A stretch of 64,000 nt of DNA from Chrysomallon squamiferum (Eukaryota; Animalia; Mollusca), in assembly GCA_012295275.1 (NCBI GenBank), contig CM022665.1, forward strand, positions 8,246,001-8,310,000, written 5' to 3'. The notes below the pieces were generated by a model. That model was not told the DNA's origin. It saw nothing but the letters and a program-made list of their open reading frames with translations, and searched no databases. The translations under genes and the position numbers were made by a program. Below are positions 24,998 through 37,595 of this stretch, in pieces. Each line of letters starts with the position of its first letter. The first letter of the stretch is position 1.

Positions 24998-27900
24998 ACT
25001 GTGTGATACATATATAAATTAGCAACAGAATGTCTTGGACACATGAAAGAGAAAAAATGTGTCTTTGAATGAAAACAGATGATAATTACGTAAGTGATAA
25101 GACACACGGTACACCTCAGGCTGAAAAATCATTACTATGTAATACTAGTAGGTGGGGAAAAAAGTAAGAAGTTTGTACTTCATATCAGACTACTATTCTG
25201 CTTTGGCGAAAAGGTTGGGATGGTGATGAAAATACTGAGAAAAAGGTTGCTATGAAGGTATCGAGTCCGTTATTTTGTCCTGGTAATTGGAAAATGTTCC
25301 TGAATGTGTGCAATTTTAAGGAATTTAGTTATGGGAGATAACTCGTAACCATATAAGAAACTGGAACTTATTTAAAACAAAAAACTAAGAGTATTAAGAA
25401 AAGAAAATGTCTATAAATCGTGAATTTAACTGGTGTTTCCCTGGGATACCATTATTATTTTTTTTTTAAAGTTTTTGTTTCTAATTTATTTATTTATTTA
25501 TTTATTTTTGTTATTTCCTGCGATGAAAGTTGTCTTCTTGTTAATGTATGACATACATTCAAATAAAAAAATAATAATAAAAAAAATAATAAAACAAAAT
25601 AAATAAATAATAATAAATATTTTCATTTATGTTGCTGTTGTTGTTTGTTTGTTATTGTTGTTTTATAATAATGTAACTGTCTCAGTAAATATAAGAATGT
25701 TCTGGAAAATTTTGAATCCAAATTTACTTCATGATAATTTATTTTTCTTCTAGTATTGTTTTCCCCTGCACATGTAACTCTTGTAAGAAATAAACTGAAT
25801 AAACTCAGTTCGAAATATTTCTTTTTTCAAATGTTTTTGTTTTGCGTTGAAAACTCTTATATTTTTGTTTTTTTTATGTTCTATTTTTTTTCAAATAACG
25901 CCGTTTTGTCGGCAATAATGTATTAAAACAGGACTCTGCAGACTCACCTGATTTTGGGAAATGATCAACGTGTCGAGTACACACGAGGAACAGGTCAGCT
26001 TCACTGATGTCATCGTATGTTGTGACAGATGGTTTGATGAAGATTTCACTAGTGACCTCAGATAAAACAGGCAATAATCTGATTGATTTGTTTCAGTGCG
26101 GTGTTATTTTTAAACTGACAATAAAATCTTCCTTTAAGAAGCGACAGTGATGTTTAGCGATACTCAGAAGAGTGCCTTTGCTGGAGAGAGGAGAATATTT
26201 GACATAATAGTTCCCAACTGTTGCGGTCCAAAGCATCTTTAATGTAAAAATGGCAGCGTAACGTCCTTACTTAGTTCCAAATGGTAGCTGAAATAAAATA
26301 AATATATAAATAAATAAATAAATAAATTAATTAATAATAATAATAATAATAACCCAAAGTAATAATTTAAGGGATTTGCGTTCATCCAAGATATTGTTAT
26401 TATTTATCATAATTTTAAAATGTTAATCTCTGTCGACATGTAATAAGTGCATTTAAAAAATATCTTCAATATATTTAATTAATTTACGATACAAGCAATT
26501 TGTGATACACAAAAAGATTCAGGGCAATAAAAAAGTTGTCAGTATTTGTATAACAGATGAAATTTTGTTTATTTTTTCATTTGGTATTTTGTACTGAATT
26601 CAAACAATAGCTACACCAAAATATTCATTTGTGATGTGCAGTTTTGAGTTTAATAACCAATTTAAGAAAATAATCATATGTGAGCATTTTGTATTCTAAC
26701 GGTAGTATATTTTTATCATGAGATATCTGTATTTTACACTAATCTATTTTTATCAGTTAATGTTAACAAAAACAACAGTCAAAAAAATAACAATAACAAT
26801 AAAAAAAATTAAAAAATCTTCTTGAAAACGAACTGAAATTAAAGTACTTGTATTTGTACGAGAATAGAAGTAAAAGTACTTAGAGTGGATAAATTAACAC
26901 ATTTGTACTTTAAGCCATACACGTTTTAAATGAATTCGACCATCCTTGGCAGTAAATGGTAATTTTCTAAGCATTTTGTAACTAGAGCAATTAAATTATA
27001 TCTCGTAAAGTTGTTTAATATGAAGATGCTATTCAAAATAAATCCAATGATGTAAAATAACAGAAATATATATTAAATAAAAGATGTTAATACGACTGTT
27101 AGTAGGAGGTCACTTGCCTCTTGACAATCAAAGCAGGAATAACTAAATATTTAGAATAATCAATGTTTAGTAACTTAGATAAAATTCTCACTCAGATGAA
27201 ATCAACGGTTTCAGCTGTCGACTGACTACTAATCATGTTTTATTTAAAATATTTAAGTAATTATAATTAAAATGAATAAATGAATAAATAAATAAATAAA
27301 TAAACAAATAATAATAATAACTTGCAATAACCAAAAATTAGGATACAACAATAACAGTTCTCTGAATACGTTTCCTAAGTATTACCTTTCTTTATAAATA
27401 CAAATTGCTTCTTAACGCCTAGGTAGAGCCCACGAATATACTAACATGTCTGGAAATACGTTCAGCTTGTTCAACTTAAATGGATGACAAAATTTTGTTA
27501 TTCAGATGTTAAAAATGCAAAACATTAAATCAGTTTAATGGTCTGTAACATAAAAGAGAATTTGTAATGAATATTTTTGTTTCTATTTCCTCCAGCTACA
27601 GAATACATGTAAATGAGTTTGTCAGTGACTTCAGAAATGTTAAAATTCATGACTCAAGATATAGTGGATATCTTTTACAGAAGAAATTGATCGGGGAACC
27701 CAGCTGGGATCTCTATATTACCAAAGCATCTCTGGCTGCTTCACCACTTAGCATTACTATTTGAATGAATAAAGACGAATAACAGATTCTTTTAAATTAT
27801 CTCGAAACGATATGTAACGGATGCAATGAGAAAACACGCGAGATGTTTTAACTATTTTTAACCATAGTTTTAGTAGTCCCGGTGGTCGTATCAATCCTCT

Positions 27901-28339
27901 GCAGCGATACATCGCTATCATCAAGGAACAATATCTCTCATGGGCATTTGAATCAAGCCATATAATTAATGAGAGCTCGTTTTTTTCTCTCCAAAGAACT
28001 ACAAGCCTAGTTATAGGCAACTAACTGTAAAGACATATTGTAGTATCTTGTTGCACATGATCAGTGGATGAAATACTGCCAGAGAAGTATTCTCACCTGC
28101 TTAATAGACCATTTGTACAAAAACACACCTGTGTCGTGAAATCGTCAAGTAATAACTACACGCATTTCCGATTAGGTGTCGACAAGACATGATGGCTCCA
28201 CCTGCCTCTCATTATAATTAATTATATTCAAAGGCAAGTTACGTTTGCAAACGAGAAGTGGGAGGCTAGCTGGCTGCACCTTTTCATCAGCGAAACAGAC
28301 GACTTGTAAGACCGCCCTACAAGTTAATTCGGGTCACAA

Positions 28340-28563
28340 CTTCATTATGTCATTTCCGGTCACTGAGTGGGCAATGCCTTAGTTAAGTTGTTACGAATAG
28401 GAAATCTTTTGCTTAAAGAAAACGAGAAATTTAAAAAAAAAAGCATTATAAAGTTTGGGTCCTACAGACGAAGGACTTGGAGAAGTTGTTATCACTCATG
28501 AGCTGAGTGTGAAATTTTCCACTTTGAGGGAACAACTGCTGGACAGGCAAAACAGCGATTCTC
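28340..28563 (+). promoter_or_regulatory. Candidate neurotrophin promoter and 5' UTR
   Basis: TATAAA at 28447-28452, about 115 bp upstream of the ATG, an ETS-like TTTCCGG near 28354, a CpG-containing upstream island (27800-28400), and a two-codon uORF ATG AGC TGA at 28498-28506. Confidence 0.4.
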
Positions 28564-28639
28564 ATGTGGAGGTTTAAAACATACCGTCAGCTGCTGAAGC
28601 AAGTTATTTTAGGTTTACTACTTTTTTATTCAGTAGCAG
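28564..28639 (+). CDS. Neurotrophin exon 1: signal peptide
   Basis: MWRFKTYRQLLKQVILGLLLFYSVA, phase-1 donor CAG|GTAAGA. Joins exon 2 as ...SVAECHKINWG. Confidence 0.75.
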
Positions 28640-28825
28640 GTAAGAATATTGTATAAATGTATACCATTTAAAAAAAAAAAAAAAAAAATGTTGTTTTTTT
28701 ATTTATTTATTTATTTACTTTTATTTACTTTCTTTTTCCAACTTAATTGTTAGGTTTACTTTTAATATCAGTATTACTATAATTACTATTCTTCATACTA
28801 TTATTATTATTCAGAAACAGGAAAG

Positions 28826-28883
<58 letters not shown>

Positions 28884-31617
28884 TTCTGTTATGATGGATT
28901 TACTAAAAATGTTTACTCAGTAACGTAAGAATAATGTCTATGACGTTTGGGAGTGATGTATATATGTATATGTATAATCTATAATCGCTAGCTTTACTCT
29001 CTCTCGTTTGTATTCAGAAATAAATAAGAACATTATAAATATAAGTAATTTTTATTTTTATTTTAGTTTTAGATTTATTGGGTTTTTATTGTTTTATTAT
29101 GCTATTGTTTCATTTATTTATTTATTTTATTTTTTATATCATTCTTCATGCACTGATTTATTTAGAAGCAGCTAAAAATAATATCAACTAATGTGTTTTG
29201 TTTTTTATTTTTGCTATATACAGTTTATTTAATTGTAGAATTTCTTCATACGCTCTTTGAGAGGTATAAAAAACAACGATTCTTACATTTGTAGAAAATG
29301 TGCTTGAGATAATTATACGGATATATTTAGTTGTTAAAACTGATGAAACGGAAAAAATATACAGGTTTTGGGGTTGTTATTTTTTTTTAATTAATAAATG
29401 TTAATATTTTGATTACAAGCTTAAGTTCAGTTTGGCCGTTTTTACCCTTAGAATTGTTGGTAAATGTGTATGAATTAAGAGTGTGCTAAACGAAATAATA
29501 ATAAAGTACAGCTCAAAGTTTTAATTTATTATCATTTCTTTTATTTGATTTTGCCTGTGCAAATAAATGTACAGAATGTTGTTCAGGATGCTCTGAATAA
29601 TACTCATATGAAATTTCTTTGTGAAGTTAAACATGTTATCATTTTGGGGCAGTTTCCGAATCATGATTTAAGGCAGCAGAATGGGTCGTTGTTTTAAACA
29701 GAATACGAATAATTAAAATGAAAAATATTTGTAGAAATGGTGGACACGATAAATAAAAAATTAATACGATTTTTTATTAAGTTTTATTATTATTATTTTT
29801 TTTTTTTTATTTTTTTTTTTAATTTATTATTTTAATTTATTTATTTTTTATTTTTTTATTTATTTATTTATTTATTTATTTTTTTTTTTTTTATTAAAAA
29901 CACTTCTGTTATTGGGTGACAAACAAACATAAAGACAACAAAATGGTGTTGGGTTAATAAACATAAATAATAATAAAAATGATTATGATGATGACAGTAA
30001 TACTGATGCTGCTGAGAATAATAGTAATAGTTATAATAGTAGTACTAATAATGTAAACTTCATATTGTCTGATTTGAAATGAAGTTTTACTACCAATTTT
30101 TATAATAAAGCGGTCCGTGGTTGTGGAGGGTTTTATATTAGCAATGGAAAATGGATTATTTCTTGTTGGTTTGGGGTTTTTTTTTCCCCCTAGGAACCAA
30201 ACGTTTATTTTTTGTACATAAAATAAATTCCTATAAAACAATAGTAAAATTGGAATTGCGGGTATATGCACATAATATAAACCTGTTGGTACACTCAGTA
30301 TGACAGTTAGCTTAAAAATCTGAATGTGCTAACAAACAGTGATTATAAACTGAAATTAATTAAGAGTCTTCAGAACGGAGCCTTCGAGGTTTTTACTGAA
30401 ATATTGGGTTTGAACAAAAGTTCATAGCTTTTCATCAGTAACTGGTGGCGTTTGAACAACATGTGATTAGAATGTATAATATATAAACACATTCTGAAAA
30501 GTGAAAAGTGGTTAAATAAAATCTGTATATAAATATCTTTGAATTTCACTTAGAAACGTTATGACGCTTTATATTAACTCAATACATATATACTCTTTTA
30601 TGTACACAAATGAACACGATCAGTATTATTCACTCTTGAAAAGATATAATTTTTTTTATGTGTGACAAATCTAAAACAGTCATTTTGTTAAAGTTTTGTC
30701 TGTATCATTTTTAGTCTGTAACTACTACTGCTAGAGTTTCTGTTATTATTACTACAAACTTTATTTTAATACTGTTACTATTGTAACTATTACTATTCTC
30801 CTCCTCCTGCTCCTCCTCCTACTACTTCTACTATTACATCTACTACTTCTACTACTACTACTACTACTGCTATCATTACGATTACTAATAAAATTAATAA
30901 CGTAACTGTTATAACCGTTACTAGTCTCCTGGTTCTCCTCCTCCTCTTCCTACTACTACTACTACTACTACTATAATTTACGTACATTTAATATGGATAC
31001 GACTGTGAAATAATAAGGCTTTAAATGAAAAGAAAAGGAAGAAATCTGAACGCCTACTTCACATTCTGCTCTAACCATCGCGACATTGTACATGGTTATA
31101 TATACATATACTTATTACAATTTTAATTATGTAGCAATTATCTGGTACATGTTAGCTGAATCTCGAAAAATCTATAAAACTCATTTACACACAATGCATA
31201 TAGTGAAATCTGATATTGTGTTACACGAGATGCCTTACAATAAAACAAAGTTTTCATATACCTTTACAGTAATAGACCACTGAGAAATAATCAAGGCAAC
31301 CAATAATTAATTTCTGTTAAAACGGTAAAATACTATCAGATTATTAACATGTGTATACAATAAAACGAAAGAAGTAATATGAATACGGTATGAACTATGA
31401 AGAACACTGTAAGAACTGATATAAAGAATACATGGTCTATGTAAAACACATTAAACATACTTAATAACGTTTGTGTGAAGAAAACAGTTATGTTCGTGTC
31501 TGTCGCTCGCTTCTTTATCTGTTCAACAAAATTTAAAAATAAATGTATATACGTGTGTTAAACTGGTTTTAAAAATTAAAATTCACATTAAAAAATAATA
31601 AGTACTAAAATAAATTA

Positions 31618-31657
<40 letters not shown>

Positions 31658-31746
31658 ATTACTACCATTACCACTACTATTGCTAGTACTGTTGCTGCTA
31701 CCATCACTACTACTACTTCTACTGCTGCTACATACTATCACTATGA

Positions 31747-31779
<33 letters not shown>

Positions 31780-32476
31780 GTTTACATTCGACATGTACAC
31801 CATATACGATATTTAAAAAAAAAAAAAAAAAAAAAGTTACTCAGTTAAAAACATTATCAGTGGCAGCAAACAAAACAAAAATAAAATAAATAATACAGGA
31901 TTCCGAAAATGTAGGGCGCTATCGTGAAAGTGAATAAACACTGAAGATAAAATGAGTTTTTTTAAAAAAAAAAAAAAAAAAAATTGGCAAAAAAAAATCA
32001 AATGAGGGGAACTGCGGTTCGTGTTTACGCACCTATTGACGAGCGTATGAAAATAGAAGGAAGTTTCATGTAATAACCACGTGAAATACGATTAACTGAT
32101 TAAAGTTTTGGTTTTAACCAGCAGTCCAGAGAGGTTTAATCAAAAGGAATTTGTACTTCATTTCAGAGACAATGACTACGGCGCTTTTAAATTACCTTGC
32201 AAGAAACAACGTGTGTCATTGACAACGTGATGTGAATTCTACTCGCGTTGACCGTGTCGTCACTTTGGCACATTTTGTCTGACAGTAAAATATTTCTTGT
32301 TTTTAGTCAAAAAATTTAAAAAATAAAAATAAAATAATAATAATAATAATAATAATTGTTTTAGCTATCGTATGTATTGCAGTTTTCAGAAACATTGGTA
32401 ATATGTAATTGTTATACATGAACCAAAGGCAGCTAGCTACACACATTAAAAGAAAATAATATTTGTTACCATATGA

Positions 32477-32569
<93 letters not shown>

Positions 32570-33515
32570 ATATATAGATGTAATTTACTGCAGTAATTAC
32601 ATAATCATTTTAATCCTTGTGTACGAGTATTTATAAGTCGTGTGTGCATCTCGAGTATATCTAAGGGCTGTGTATAAAAAAAGAATAAAATAAAATAAAA
32701 TGATAATAATAGACTCCAGAAAATCAACACCTTCAAAAACACATACATCTTTGAAATATATTTTTTTATAAACTAGTTATGATTGTTCTCGATATAATTT
32801 TAATGATAAAATAAATTTAATTATGAAGAAAAACGTCTTACATTTATTTTACACACGCACACGCACACGCACGCACACGTAACACGCACACGCACACAAC
32901 CATATATTTATCAATCTGCCTCTGTCTATCTATATATCTATCTATCTATCTATCCATCTATCTATACATATGTATATATAGACACACACGCACATACATA
33001 CATACATTCATATATACATTTGCATACATACATACATACAAACAAAACAAATGTTTTATTGCAGTTACTAAGTGAAACTTTTTTATCGACAACATGCATA
33101 CAAGTCAACAGAATCCGTTTATCCATTTTGTACTATATAAAGTTCTATTTGTCTAAGTGACAAAACATTTAAAATAAAAAAATAAATGATATTGGAAGAT
33201 TTCCCTACTATCATTCTGTTCACACCACTGTTAGTCTACATATACATTCTATAAAGACTTCATACAAATAGCTTAAAGAAAAGTGTAAGAAGTGAAATGA
33301 CTTTGCTGATTAAGGAATCAGAAGATTGCTGTGAGATATACAAATTGTGTTTTTATAACGTGAGTTTAATGGTTTGTTCAGTTTACAGATAGGCCTAAGG
33401 ATGTTTAAAATTAGTCAAATACATTGAAAGAAATTAATTTACTGTTTTAAAATGTGACAGGTGGGCTGGTTTGGTAATTGATTTTTGAGTTCATTGTAGG
33501 CTTTCTTTTTTTTTC

Positions 33516-33580
<65 letters not shown>

Positions 33581-33925
33581 TTTTTTGGTATAATTTGTTA
33601 ATTCTCTTTTTTTTTTTCTCTCTCTAAATAATTCCTATTTATAGAAAATGCTCAGCTAATATTTTTCTTCTTTGTTAAAAATTTGTTTCCACTGGCGACC
33701 ATAATTACTACAGGTCCATACTGACGTACATCATTTTGACAGAAATAGAAAGATAAACAGACACTGGAATACACCCAGCTGTTAGAATTTCATAATCATT
33801 TTTAAATAGTATTTTGCATGGTTGCGTAAGAAATATATGATCAACGTTAAAACATAAAGTATTAGCAGTAATGTAATCCTTAAGTGTATATAAGTGTCTG
33901 TAATAAGTAAGTATTAAAAATGTTT

Positions 33926-33974
<49 letters not shown>

Positions 33975-35847
33975 GTAATAGTAATAATAATAAAAGTAAT
34001 AAATAAATAAATAAATGACCTTGGGTTGTTTACAGCTCGGGAAAATTATCATTTAAATGGGAGCTAAGTTGATAAATGTCTTGAAAAAGAGAAGACTATT
34101 TTAGTTTAAGTACATTGTGTGTGAATATGTTCAAGCCGCTCTAATTTATATTACAAACCTCTTTTTTACATCATTGTTACGTCTATAAATATACAAATTG
34201 AATGATATTTGCTAAAAAAAAAATATATCTATATTGTCTTAATTATTTCCAGGAAACACTGAACTTCTAAATCAGTAGGATTTAACTTTTTAATGTATTA
34301 TCTAGAGACCAAACCAAAGTAGTCATACTGCAATCTAAATTTAAAAGTAAATATAACCAAAAAGCTTTGAAAAGAACTGTATTGATTTTGTTGTGAGTAC
34401 TTATTTCATTCGAAAGATACGATTAGTTTTATTAGCTGAATTTTTGACGTAAGAATATTTTGAAGAAATGTCTCGGGGGTATTTTCGTGAATGAGTAAGT
34501 TATGCTTAGTGTTATGTTACAGGAACATTATTTAACTTCGTATGATGGGAGAACAGTATTTGGAAATATAAAATACCTAGTTTAAATATTTTGATGTGTC
34601 TGTAATAAAGATTTTTGTATTTCAGTTTTAATATAAAACGATATTCAGTTTAACCCCTGATTTCAATTTAAAAAAGTAGAAATTCAGTTTTCTAAATAAA
34701 TACAAATTAAAAATAAAATAACACACACACACATACACACCATGCAATGCCTAACCTTCCTGAATCGTCTTTTCTTTTTTCTTTTTTTTCTCTTTTCTAA
34801 TCAACTATAATCTTTTTCATTGAAATATGAACATTATAGGGGAATTTTTTTTTTTTTTTGAATTTTTGAATTTTTCTTTTCCTTTTTTTTTTTTTTTTTT
34901 TTTTTTTTATGTAAAAGTTTAAATACCATCCGTCAAGTACGTTTTTTTTCCTCTATGACTTTCTTTTTGTTGTCCTCTTTCCTCCCCAAAAAAGTCAAGA
35001 ATATCTTTCAAAAAATAAAATCTGATTAGCATTCATTCCGTAATACTTGACGTGGGGGTGGTTTCGTCTGGCCGTGATGGTTTCACACGTGAACTTAACA
35101 AAACAGCCCCAGTGGCAATTTGCGTGTTGTAATTTAATTATCCCGGCAAATTAAGAAAAAAACAGGAAAGGCGATGCAACTCTAAGGTTTCCGAAACCAT
35201 TGAAATACAATGTTGACCATCTCTGTAATGCTACACTTCTTATTAGTAACAACGAATGTCAGTAGATCGCTTCGTCTTATCTACATTTCTGTGATGTTAC
35301 ACAGCTTGTTAGTAGTAATAATTCATGTCAACAGAACGCATTGTCCTACAAGTAGTTCTAAATATATGTAAGTTTATTAGTGACAGTTCATGTCAGTAGA
35401 TAGTTTTGTCTCATAAGCTGTTCTACAGTTCTATAACCTTACCACCGCTTATTTGGTAACAGTAGCCAATTTTATCTTGTACGTAGCTCTGCAGTTCTGC
35501 ACCTTCACACAGCTTAGTAACAATCCATGTCAGAGAAAATTTCTGTCACATTACAAGATACTAGTTCTTCATGTCAGCAAATGGTTTTGTTTTGTATGTA
35601 GTTCTAGAGTTTTACAGCTTTACGCAAGTTACTAGAAACAATTCATTTCAGTAAACGTTTATATCGCTTTGCAAAACTTACTGATAACAACTAATGTTAC
35701 CATGACTTGTTTCCTTATTAACTGTTTTCAGCGTCATTTGGAATTTGAAGATGAATAATTTACAACTATTCGAGGACCAGATTTTTTTACACATTATTTC
35801 TGATTTTCTCTGATCGCTAACTTTTTGTTTTATATTTCACATTTCCT

Positions 35848-35881
<34 letters not shown>

Positions 35882-36373
35882 GAACCTCCGTTTGAAGGGA
35901 ATATTTTTATTCTGTCCATCGAATTAAAAATGATTTATTTATAATATAATAGTCATCAAGGTCAGTATATATTTATTAAATCGACATCACGCTGATGAGA
36001 TACATTTGGATACATAATAAAATGAATATAATTTGTTAATATTGTACAGTTCATTAAGGCATACTAATTAATCGATCTGTTCTTATATTCTGTGCCTTTT
36101 GATTTAACCCTAAAGAATTCAGTCCAAAAATTGGCCCTTCTCTTGGCGTAGGTGTCTGTGATAAAAGAGCGCATTTCCCCTGCAGCTTTGTCTGCAAATA
36201 GCCATTGCAACAGACAAGTTCTTGGCTTTCCTTGTTTCAAAAACTGTGAACAACATTCTGAAATATTAACCTTCTCTCTGTATGTGCATGTATGTATGTA
36301 TGTATCTAGGTGTGTGTATGTATGTGTGCGCATGTATTTCTTCTGTAAGTATGTGTGTGTATCTATGTATATA

Positions 36374-36428
<55 letters not shown>

Positions 36429-36587
36429 CCATGAATTTACATACTTTTATTTTATAGATATTAGCTACTGGACAGTTGGTTGTATGTATGTGTTAACTTA
36501 ACAAATAAAGGTCCTTATCTCTGCCACATTATTCCAGTGAAATTTTGTTTGTAAAGTTTCATCTATTGTTATTATTATTATTACTGA

Positions 36588-36634
<47 letters not shown>

Positions 36635-37552
36635 GTAGTATTAGTATTAGTATTATTTCTTTTTCCTTCTTTTTTCAGAATGTCATAAAATCAACTGGGG
36701 TTTTGTGGAATCTAGTCCAGAAGACGAACCAATGCTGTTCTGTAAGATATATTACACATTTTGTGCTCACCAAACAAAACAAACAAACAAACAAACAAAC
36801 AAACAAAAAAATGCGCAGTGTCTGATATTTTTGATAAAATTAATTTAAATGTTTGAGAAGTATGTCTTTATCGTTATTGAAAGCCAGATTCCCTTGAAAT
36901 TCATACTCGAGATTAAAAAAGGAAAAACTTAAAACATTACTTGCAAAAATTAAAATTTAAACTAGTGTATATATATATATATATATATATTCTAAATATA
37001 GATATAAAATCTTTGGCGACATAAATTCTTCCGGGAATCAAAACTACGAGTAGAAGGCTGCACAAAATCTGCTTCTTTTTTAATATTAGCAGTTACGTCT
37101 TGACATTTATAAACGATTTGAAGACAACGATATTGGGTGGGGGGTGTTTACAAAAATAGGCTGAAAATTCACATTATCTCCAACTTTTTGTAAACTGTAT
37201 AATTATTTTCAGAACATTTATTTTTAACATGCACAGGCATTTGTACAACAGTGATTTTCTTTTATAAAACGATGAAATTTGATTTGAAACGATTATCATT
37301 AACGTTCAAATCTGAGAAAAAAATAAACGAAAGAAAAAACAAACAATCATAACAATATTAAGTTTATTTTTTAAGGCATTGTTATGCAAAGTAAAAACGA
37401 TTTTGAATGAGATAGTGAAAGAAATTACATGTGTGTTGTAAGAAAGTTAATAGCTAGTGTTGTTTAAAAATAAGTATCAAGAAGAATTTCGCCAACGACA
37501 AATCGAATAAACTGATTATTGACTATTATTACAATTCAACTGATACGTTCTG

Positions 37553-37595
<43 letters not shown>

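Noticed and set aside
25874-26074. 66-aa minus-strand ORF in a GC-richer block
   Set aside because: No recognisable domain, non-ATG start and no convincing splice partners. Treated as non-coding.
26840-26950. aagtacttgtatttgtac-type words resembling a MITE end; a similar hint at 1195-1380
   Set aside because: No matching second terminus could be identified by eye, so too weak to call.
35239-35702. Repeat-spacer appearance suggestive of a CRISPR array
   Set aside because: The repeats are degenerate, the spacers are related to each other, there are no cas genes, and the context is a eukaryotic intron.
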